Assembly (NCBI RefSeq): GCF_963921235.1
Contig: NC_086109.1
Span: 21,950,001 to 22,014,000, forward strand
Direction: 5' to 3'
Source: Mobula hypostoma
Lineage: Eukaryota
Length of the DNA stretch: 64,000 nt
A program made the translations under genes and the position numbers. This document shows positions 9,912 to 20,503 of the stretch, piece after piece. Each line of letters opens with the position of its first letter. The stretch's first letter is position 1. A model generated the notes under the pieces. The model was not told where the DNA came from and ran no database searches. It saw only the letters and a list, made by a program, of their open reading frames with translations.

Positions 9912-12904
9912 AGAAAACCATGGTCAAACTCACAAAATGTATCACACAACAACAGCGTCAGGAGGATCTTCAAGACAACGCTCGGTACGGTTGATTCTGG
10001 CCAGCAGGGGATCCCCGACCGTCATCAAGCTACTGGTCATAAAATTCAGGTAACACAAAAGAAAATTATTGCCACTTGGAATGTAAGAACCCTATATCAA
10101 GCAGGAAGATTGGACAATGTGATAAATGAAATGGAAAGACTGAAGATTAACATCATGGGAATTAGCGAAGTTCGTTAAATAGGTGCTGGAATATGTCAGA
10201 TTAGAAATAAAACACTAGTTTATTCTTGTGGAACATTCCATACTAATGGAGTAGGAATTCCAATGGATGAAAACATGGCAAAAAGTGTTTTAGGACATTG
10301 GGCAATATCAGAAAGAGTGCTCCTTGTCAGATTCAGAGGACAACCATTTGATTTAGCAATTATACAGGTATGTGCACCAACAATAGATGGAACAAATGAA
10401 GATGTAGATAAATTCTATGAACAGCTTGAACAAGCGAAGAATGGATGCAAATCTCAAGATATTGTTCTTGTTATGGGAGATCTAATGCTAAAGTAGGACA
10501 AGGTGCTGACGGAAATACCATAGGAAATTTTGGACTAAGGGAAAGAAATAAAAGAGGTGAGAAATGGGTAGAACGGTGCAAGATGAATAATCAGGTCACT
10601 TTGAATACCTACTTTAAAAACCACCCAAGATGCTTGTGGACCTGGAAAAGTCCAGGTGATAACACTAGAAAACAAATTGACTTTATTACTATAAACCAAA
10701 GATTTAGAAACTCAGTGACTCAATGCAAAATATATCCAGGTACAGACTGTAATAGTGACCATAACCCAGTAGTATGTCATGTAAAAGTAAAACTTAAAAA
10801 ACTAAAGAAGCAAAAACTTGAACAATCCCTTGACTACTTGCAATTAATTAAAGAAGAAAACTTAAGACAAACATTTACAATTAACTAAGGAATAGATATC
10901 AAAGTCTAGAAATAGAATCTGTTAAAGATGATAGCAAACATGTAGAAATGAAATTTAACTCTCTAAGGGATGCCTTGGTAGAATCAGCAAAGTCAGTGAT
11001 TCCTAAAAAAGAAAAAAGCACAAAGAATAAATGGATGACAGATGAAATCAAAAATCTAATAGAAGAAAGGAAACTGAAGAAAGCAAATCCTATAGAATAT
11101 AAACCCTTAGATAAAGAAGTTAAAAGCTTATGTCAAAAAGCCAAAGAAGAATGGTTAAACCAGGAATGTGAGCAAATAGAAAGAATCCCTATTACTGATC
11201 CAAAAAGGTTACAACAAAAAATCAAGTATATCACTGGTAAAAAGCTCCTCTGTTCTTCAGGTGGATGTTTGAAAACAAAGGACGGTACCATTATCATGGA
11301 AAAAGATGAGATTATGAATAGATGGACTGAGTATATTCAGGAATTGTTTGAAAACGATCGAGGTGAAAAACGAGAAATTAAGAAAAACATTGAAGGTCCA
11401 AGTATTTTAAAATCTGAAGTTCGTAATGCAATAAATAAGATGAAGAAAGGAAAGACAGCAGGTCCTGATGAATTAGTAATAGAACAAATTATCGCCCTTG
11501 AAGATTATGGAATTGAAAAACTTACTGATTTAATCAATGAGCTTTATGAGACTGGAATAATACCAGAAGAGATGAAAAAATCAGTATTCATCACTCCTCC
11601 TAAGAAAGCTGGAGCAATAGAATGTGAATTACATAGGACCATAAGTTTAATGAGTCATATCACCAAGATACTTCTAAGAATTTTGATGACAAGAGCTAAA
11701 AGTAAGATACAAGCTGAAATAGGTAAAGAACAATGTGGTTTTGTGAAAGACAAAAGTACAAGAAATGCAATATTAGTGTTAAGGATACTATCAGAACGAG
11801 CTATTCAAGTGCAAAAAGATTTTTTTGTTTGTTTTATCGACTACACAAAAAAGCATTTGATAAAGTGAAGTACAATAAGTTATTTGAAATATTACAGGAA
11901 ACTCTAGATCTAGATTCGAAAGACCTCTGCCTAATCAGAAATCTGTGCTGGGAACAAACTGCTGCTGTAAGAATAGATGGAGAAGTGAGTCAGTTTACGA
12001 AAATCAAGAGAGGTGTTAGACAAGGGTGTGTTTTCTCTCCTGATTTATTTAATGTGTACAGTGAAACAATATTACAAAAAATAAGAGACATCTTGGGAAT
12101 CAAAGTTGGCGGTGAAAACATCAATAATTTCAGATATGTAGATGACACTGTTAATTGCAAGTACGGAGGAAGAACTACAAAACTTAATTGATATGATTGT
12201 TGAAGAAAGCGCAAAAATGGGTCTATCTATCAATTGAAAAAAGACAGAATGTATGGTGATATCCAAAAAGACGGAGAATCCTATCTGCAGGCTGAGAGTA
12301 AATGGAGCAGACATAAAACAAGTACAGAACTTTTGCTACTTCGGAAGCTGGGTGACATCAGATGGCAGGTGCGACTTGGACATTAAAAGAACAATAGGGG
12401 CGGCAAAAGACACCTTTACGAGAATGAAGGGTATACTGACCAATACTAAACTAGGCATGACAACCCGCCTCAGAGTACTGAAATGTTATGTTTATCCAGT
12501 TATGTTGGACAATACCTAGTAACATGAGGAAACAAATTGTAGCAGCAGAGATGTGGTTTTTGAGGAGGATGCAAAGAATATCATGGATGAAACGAATATC
12601 TAACGAGGATGTCATGAACAGAGCAAACACAAAAAGAGAACTAATGTATGAGATCATGAAAAGGCAACGTAACTTCATTGGACATGTGATTAGGAAAGAG
12701 GAGTTAGAATGCACGGTAATTATGGGAAAGATTGAAGGAAAGAAAGCAAGAGGAAGACAAAGACAAATGATGATGGAGACAGCAGCCAGAGAACTGGAAA
12801 TGAGTACCAATGAATTAATCCACTTGACCCGAAACAGGAGTGTGTGGGCAATGGCAGTCAAAGCTCAAACTGGGCACAGCACCTGATGATGATGATGATG
12901 ATGA
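9912..12904 (+). mobile_element. RTE-clade LINE, nearly full ORF (APE endonuclease plus RT), disabled by stops and frameshifts
   Basis: ATWNVRTL, GISEVR, IIQVCAPT, MGD, DCNSDHNPV, AGPDE, RTISLMSH, EQCGF, FIDY/KAFDKV, GVRQGCVFSP, RYVDD, AAEMWFLRRM and GKIEGKKARGR motifs; (GAT)n tail at 12886-12905. Confidence 0.93.
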
Positions 12905-13569
12905 TATATGCTTATGTCAATAAACTTAAACATGAACTTGAAACTTCAACTATTTAGTCATATGTTCCTATTGATAAAAGTCTTTAAGGTCGTTCATTAG
13001 ATCATATATACAGAGAATAAAACTATTTAAAGCAAGATGCACTGTAAATTCATACTAGTGAGACATTGGTTAGATCTTAACCTTCATGGAGGTGAGATTC
13101 TTTAAAGTTGCATTCAAAATTCATAATGTGTTGGATTGTAAGTTTATACATGTAAGATTCTTTGAAGTGGGATACTACCTCATAAGTTCATGCTGGTGTA
13201 ACTGTGCACTGCTCAAAGAGATTTTAAAGAAATGTTTGTCAACTTGCAGAGAAGTAGCAATGCAGTTCATAGTTACTGAGAGAGCTGACTTCTGCTGGCT
13301 TTAAATGTTTCTATTTCATCCAGCAGAGCAGGCTGATGAATGAGCTACGGTTACAAGGAGACAAGCCTTGGCCGAGTAACCAACCTAGCCTCACTTTGGC
13401 AAAGATTAATGGGAATGGAATAGGAATAGATTAATTAATAATAAGCCCTTTAAATTGCTTTGCAAGATTTTTAGGACAAGCAATCAACCATTGGCCCACA
13501 GCCATCCATGTGTTAATATTTATTCCTAACAATACCTCACTGTTTTCCTCAACTTTGCCTACCCACCTT

Positions 13570-15280
13570 CAGAATCAGACTTATTATCGTTGACATATGT
13601 CATGAAGGTTTTTTTGTTTCTTTGGCAGCAGTACAGTGCAGTACGTAAAATATACTATAAATTGCAATAAGAATATATAAACAAAATTGTGCAGAAAGGG
13701 AGCATAATAGTGAGGTAGTGTTCATGGGATTATGGACTCCAATGGAATCAGATAGTGGAGGAGATGCTGTTGCTGAAACATTGAGTGTGTGTCTTCAGGC
13801 TCCAGCACTTCCTCCCTAATGGTAGCAATGAGAAGTGGGTATGTCCTGGGTGCTGAAGGTTCTTCATGATAGCTGCCGCCTTCTTGAGGCATTGCCTTTT
13901 GAAGATACCGGAGATGCTGGGGAGGCTAGTGCCCATGATAGAGCTGGCTGAGTTTACAGCTCTCCGCAGCTTTTTCCGATCCTGTGCATTGGAGCCTCCA
14001 TACCAGACAGTGATGCAGCCAGTCAAAATGGTCTCCGCAGTACATCTGTAGAAATTTTGTTAGAGTCTTCGGTGACATACCAAATCGCCACACACTCCAA
14101 ATGAAATTTAATCGCATACCTTCTTCGCGATTGCATCAACGTGATAGATCTTCAAAGATGTTGGTACTTGAAGCTGCTCACCCTTTCGACTGCTGACCCT
14201 TGAGAACTGTTGTGTTTTCTCCTGAATTCCCCTTCCCAACGTGCACTATCGATTTCTTGGCCTTACAGACGCTGAGTCCAAAGCTGTGGTAGCGACCACT
14301 TATGCAGCCAATTTATGTCACTCCCGTATGACTCTGAGATTCTGCCAACAATGGCGTTTGGGTTGTGCCTAGCAACACAGTCATAAGAGTAAAGAGTGTA
14401 CAGCAGGGAGGTTGAACACCCATCCTAGAGGTGTGCCCGTGATGATTGTAAGCAAAGAGGAGAGATCTGATCTACACTGACTGTGGTCTCCCAATGGGGA
14501 AATCAAAAATCCAGTTGCGGGGGAAGTACAGAGCCCCAGATTTTGATGCTTGCTGGTTAGTAGTGAGGGGATGATAGTGTTGAACACTGAGTTGTAATCG
14601 ATAAACAGCAGACTGATGCAGTTATTGCTGTTGTTCAGGCGATTTGAGGCTGAGCAGAGAGACACTGAGAATGCATCTGTTGTAGGCCTGTTGTGGCAGT
14701 GGGCAAACTGCAGTGGTCCAGACCCTTGCTCAGGAAGGAGTTAATTCTAGCGAAGTCCAACCTCCCAAAAACCACTTCATGACAGTAAATGTAATACTCA
14801 CTGAGACAGTTCACCCTGTTTTTCTTGGGCACTGGTATGATCGATGACCAATTTCAGCAGTATGTGATAGACACTCCAGCCAATTGGTTGGTAGAGGTTT
14901 TGAATGCCCTACTAGATACACCAGAGGGGCCTAATGTGAAGGTTCACCTCATGAAAGATGTTCTGACATCTGTCACTGAGACGGATATCACAGGGTAGCC
15001 TGATGGTGGAGGGATTCGGATAGATGCCTAGAAAGCATTCAGCTTATCGGGAGAGAAGCATCACAAACACTTTTGATGTTAGGTTTCCCGTCGAGGAAAT
15101 AATGGCCTGCAAACAGGAATTGGCTGACATTCATCCAGTTCCATCTCCAACTTCACTCAGAATTGCTTTTTTGTTCTTGATAGAACCTTCTACAGGTCAT
15201 ACCTTGGACATCTTGTAAGGTTCTGGATCTTGAACACCACCAATCTAGCCCTCAACAAACTGCGAGGGCTTTTACCCAAC
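13570..15280 (-). mobile_element. Decayed Rex1/Babar-type LINE (RT and C-terminal region)
   Basis: Translations give GCITVWYGGSNAQDRKKL and LLFIDYNSVFNTIIPS; cagaatcag tail at 13570. Confidence 0.8.
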
Positions 15281-15464
15281 AGCTCAACTTCACCAGCCCC
15301 ATTATTCCCTCTCTCCGTTAATTCCATTACCATATTTCCATATTTCCTTCCAAAATAGAAAGAGGCAATTCTGCTTATTGAGTCCATGCCAGTTCACAGA
15401 GCCATTGCCCTTTTAGTTGACAGAGATGTACACGATGAAAAGAGGCACACATCAAACGAGCAGT

Positions 15465-15775
15465 CAGAGACCTTTTCTTAGGGCAGAAATGGCTAACATG
15501 AGGGGCCATAATTTTAAGGTTATTGGAGGAATGTAAGGGGCGATGTCAGAGGTAAGTTTTTAGCACAGTGAGTGGTGGGTGCGTGGATTGCGCTGCTAGT
15601 GGTGGTGGTTGAGGCAGATCCATTAGGGACATTTAAGAGGCACTTTGATAGGAATGTGGATGATAGAAAATTGGAGGGCTGTTTGGGAGGGAAGGGTTAG
15701 ATTGATCTTGGAGTAGGTTAAATGTGGGCCGGAGGGCCTGTGCTGTGCTGTCACGTTCTACGTTCTATGTTCTGA
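15465..15775 (+). mobile_element. CR1 3' fragment
   Basis: Ends 'gggccggagggcctgtgctgtgctg...gttctacgttctatgttct'. Confidence 0.75.
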
Positions 15776-15796
15776 TATGTGCTACACAGTCACATC

Positions 15797-16000
15797 TCAC
15801 TTACACCAGGGGCAATTTACTGTAGTCAAATAGCCTACCAACCTGCAGATCTTTGGCATGTGCGATGAAGCCAAGGCACCCAAGAAACCTACATGATCAC
15901 ATGATGATTGTGCCATCTCCACACAAACAGCACCAGAGGTCAGATTCAAACCCAGGTAGCTGGAGTTGGGAGGCTGCCACTCCACTATGTGTACCACTGC
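15797..16000 (-). mobile_element. tRNA-derived SINE, decayed
   Basis: Minus strand has a B-box-like 'gggtttgaatc' and a central core similar to the SINE at 58605-58890. Confidence 0.55.
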
Positions 16001-17529
16001 ACAGTCCAGCTGTGCCATTTTAAATATCTTCTCCTTATACCTCTGAGTCACCCCTTTTCACCTTTGCGCCTTATCCCTCAAACTTATTCCAGCTCGACCC
16101 CATAACTTCAACTACACACTTTCTCATCATGTGCGAGAGCTCTGGTAATGTGGCTTGGTCTCCTCATGTAGCTAGTTAGAACCAGAAAGAAACTATCTGT
16201 TACTCTAATCACGGCTTCTCTGCCCTAATTCTCACACTCTTTGTTGGACCCTGAGCATTAAACAGGGATTTTACTCGAGATGAACTGACAGGTTCCATTA
16301 GTCATCTGAGGGGTGAGATTTACACAAATAATCTGCGGTGTCAATGGTCAGCTCTTCAAAGGAATGTTGGTGGCACATCATCTTACATGTTAAGTAAAAA
16401 TTTTAACCCTTTATTTGGATTAAGAATCAGTGCAAACCCAAGAAAGTAACATAAAATACTTTGTCATTCCCATTTACAACGAACAAATAAAAACGAATAA
16501 GTAACTTTTGTTTATATCATTACTTCAGTGGTTCTCCACGTATTCAAGCATAACTGGTGAAATACAAAGTTGGAGGACCAATGTCTCCAACTCTGAGAGT
16601 CTAAGGGCAGGGAGTGGAGGCCTGGGGGCAGAGGCAGACCTGCTCTGGGATTGGAAACCCATCTGTGTGTGTGTTGTTAATGCAAACAACATATTTCACT
16701 GTATGTTTTGATGTATGTGGGATAAATAATTCTGAAATCTGAGTGAGTGGATGGATGGGAAGGATGGGAAAGGGGATTGTTTTCATGGTGTGGAACTGAG
16801 GGATGGGGAAGAGGACCGCTTTGATGTTGTGGGTGGGAGGGATGGAGAGGGACATTACTTTGTTGTTATTGTCTGATTTTGTTGTTGTTATTGTTGCTTG
16901 TGTTGTTCTGCTGAATATTGTTGGCATACTATGTTGCCACAGGAATGTGTTACGACGCTTGCAGTCAGCCACCAGCAAATCCTTGGGTGTCCTGGTTGTT
17001 AATGTAATGAAGGCATTTCCCTGAATGCTTCAATGTACACTACATATCATAAATACACCTGAATTTTAATCTGAATCTGCCACTGCGCACACGAGAAAGA
17101 AAGTAATGGAGAACCATAGAAAGTAATGCTGGCTTTGGTGTTTTAAGAGCTTATCTTTGCTCATTACTCTGAACTATGTTTTATAAACTAAGTTTATAAA
17201 AAATTGTAAATAGAACTTTTCTCTTATTAGTCTAACCCTTCCTGAAAAGGTCACTACTATAAAGGAGAGAAGACATGGCAGTCCATACACTAAGATTTCT
17301 GATCCCTACCATCAGGCAGGAGGTACAGAAGACTGAAGACCCACATCACCAGGTTCAAGATCAGCTACTTCCCTTAAACCATTCGGTTCTTGAAGTAACC
17401 TGCACACCCCTATTCACCACCTCAGTATGGCAACATTTTGTCCACTTTGCACTACAATGGATTTCTTTTTTTTTTGATCTAATATTATTCCTCTTTTAAA
17501 AATTGTGTATAATTTAATTTAATAATAAT

Positions 17530-18335
17530 AGATTAACACTACCTAGGATAGAAGGAGGAAGAGGAATAACAGACATAAAAAATTTACACAACAGTCAGAT
17601 TAAACTTCTAAGGATATACTTTCACCAAAGAAAACAGGATTCAGCCCTTCATGTTGAGTATATGCAATTCTGATAAGAAATACCATCACTAAACATAAAT
17701 GAAAGCATAACCCAGAAAAATGAAGAAATTATCACTATTGAAGGAAAAGTTAACCAGTGGAAGAGCATGACCCTCCGTGGAAGACAGCATCATGATTTGA
17801 GCTTTCTAGATGCTGACAAGGAAGCGTCAAACACTTGGCTCAGAGCTGGAAACCTCTTCGCAGATACAAAGGGGTTTCTTGTGGCAATACAGGAGAGATG
17901 GTTAACACACAAAAAAAAGATCAAAGACACATAACTAAAGGCCAACAAATTCAAGACAATAAATGCAGAAAATGCCAAGAGAAACAAGAATCAGTCTAGC
18001 ACATTGCACAATCCTGCAGCAGTTTAACTCAATCCAATCAACCAAAACCTTGCTTTAAAATACAAACTCATAAAAGACACCATACCTTACTATAAATAAA
18101 AGCCTGATCCAGTTTTAGAGTTAGAGCACCACAAGCTATTTTACGCCTGAGTCATTAATACAGATAAGACAATCTATGATTACCATCTAAATATAATATT
18201 ACAGGATGAACAAACAGGAAAAACTTATTTAATAGATATAGCCATTTCAAATGCATAAAACATACAGAAATCAATGTGAAAAACACCAGAAATATGCTGA
18301 ATTAAAAGAGGAAATTGAAAGACTTTGTAACCTGA
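17530..18335 (+). mobile_element. Decayed R4/Dong-type non-LTR retrotransposon C-terminus (CCHC finger plus restriction-like endonuclease)
   Basis: Hand translation across stops and frameshifts: DKEASNTWLRAGNLFADTKGFLVAIQE; KCRKCQEKQESV*HIAQSC; NLALKYKL; TDKTI..NIILQDEQTGKTYLIDIAISN; EKHQKYAELKEEIERL. Confidence 0.8.
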
Positions 18336-18337
18336 AC

Positions 18338-18510
18338 GGTGGCTGCCTGAGCTTCAGCCTCCCCACATTAAACAAAGTCACGCACAGGCCTTCTCCGTTA
18401 GGATCCTAGCAACGTGGATTCCCAGATCAGCCTCTACCGCTACCTGAAGACCCACCAACAGCCAACCACTTAAGAGACCATCATACTTGACGTGACTGAT
18501 GGCACTGCTA
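18338..18510 (+). mobile_element. Short RTE-derived element (probable 5' UTR piece fused to an RTE 3' end)
   Basis: 18420-18455 translates SQISLYRYLKTH, resembling the SRIGLYSHLRTH C-terminus of RTE ORFs, only about 80 nt after a GC-rich leader. Confidence 0.5.
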
Positions 18511-18769
18511 CTATTGTGGCCCAAGTCGTCATTAGAGTTGGACCACTGCTTGGGATCATAGATGGAATATTGCTTGCTGTAGGAACAGGGATACTGCCTG
18601 CCATTCAAGGCAGGACATTGCCTACAATAAGAGGTGAGGCACTGTTTGACTTTAGAGATGGGACAAGCTTCATTGAATTTAATTTAATTTGTAATTCATT
18701 ACACTAGTTTTTTTTATAACAGATACTGTTCACCAATAGGAATGGGACATACTCACTAATAGAGCTAGT

Positions 18770-19275
18770 ATCGTGTAGATGGCATGGCCAAGAAAGCACA
18801 CCAAAGCCTTTACTTCAGAAGACTAACGAGATACAACATGACCCCAATTACTCTTACCAATTGTTACTGGTGAACCATAGAATGCATTCTATCTGGATGC
18901 ATCACAACTTAGCATGAATTGCCCCACTGAAGACTCTTTCTTCTCCCTCCCCCCCACCGCCCCCCACTGGGAAGAAGATACAAAAACTTGATAACCTGTA
19001 CCGCCAGACTCAAGGATAACTTCTAACCTACTGTTATCAGACTCTTGAACTGACCTCTCATACATATAAAAATGAACCCTTGATCTCCTGATCTCTGAAT
19101 TTACCTCAACATGGCCCTGTACATGTCTACCTGCACTGCACTTTGTAATTTCATTCTGCACATTTTTCTTTTTTTTTCACCTAGATGTGTCAGTGTATGG
19201 AATGACCTGTCTGGATGACATGCAAACAAAAGATTTTCGGTGTACCTCGATACATATGACAATCATAAACAAATC
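18770..19275 (+). mobile_element. Rex1/Babar-type LINE 3' fragment, decayed
   Basis: Similar to 20230-20360 and 23410-23700. Confidence 0.6.
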
Positions 19276-20503
19276 TGCCAATCTATTGCTCAACTTTCAA
19301 TTAAAGACAGTCATCACTAAGGCTGAGGTTGTTTCAACATTCTGTTAATTGTCCTGGCATCCTGGCCAATGTATGTTCACTGAACCAACATTACTAAATC
19401 ATCACCCAACCAATAACTTAATTCTTGTTGGCCTTGTTTTGCACAAATTGGATTCTCTTTTCACCTGCATTGCAATCGTGATTACATGTCAGAAGTTCGT
19501 TAAAAGGTGTGATGTGACTTCAGAGCTCCTGGGGTTATAGAAGACATGCAAATACAAATTATCCCACTCTGATCTTTGTGATTCTTTTAAGAAAAGGATA
19601 TTAAGCAACACAGACTTCCAAAGTTTTGACAGAAGGAGATTGAGCTTAATCCTAAAGTTTTTCTTCAAAAATCAAAAGCCTGGAATTATAGAGTTGGTTG
19701 TAATTAGTGTTTTAAATTTGCCCAATTAATCTTGGAGATATATGATTAAGCATAGTTAATACAATATCAATATGATGTCTTTTATGACCTTAGGACATCC
19801 CAAAATGAATTTCAACCAACCACTTTAGCATTTCAACTCTGTTATTAAGTGGGAATTCTTGATATCGATGTGTGCAGCAAGACTTCCAAAACAGCGATGT
19901 GACAAGAACAGAGAATATTTCCATGATGACACAAGAGACTGTAGATGCTAGAATCTGGAGAACAAACAAAAAGCAAACAGCTGGAGGATCTTGGAGGATG
20001 AGGTAGTTTCTGATGAATGGGCTCAAAGCAAACATTGACTATTTCCCTCCTCAAATGCTTGGCAGGTTGTTCCTTCTGATATTTTACTTATATTGTTGGA
20101 GGAATTAATATTAGTCAAATATTACTCACATCCCCATCTACATCAACGGAGCTGTAGTGGAGCGTGTATCAAGCTTCAAAGTCCTTGGTGTCCACATTTC
20201 CAAGGATCTCACCTGGTCCCCGAACTCCTCCATCCTGATCAAAAAGGTGCAACAGCGCCTTTATTTCCTGCAGAGCATCAAGAAAATCCCAGGATACGGA
20301 TGGACTTTTACCGCTGTACCATTGAGAGCATACTCACCAACTGCATCTCAGTGTGGTATGGCAATTGTCCCGTATCGGACCGCAAAGCACTCCAGTGTGT
20401 GGTGAAAACTGCCCAGCGGATTATCAGCACCCAATTGCCCACCATTGAGAACATCTGCCATAAACGCTGCCTGGGCAGGGCGAAAAGCATTATCAAGGAC
20501 GCA

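Noticed and set aside
18492..18707. Hydrophobic 71-aa ORF or processed pseudogene
   Set aside because: GTG start overlapping a TE tail; no recognisable family, splice signals or poly-A.
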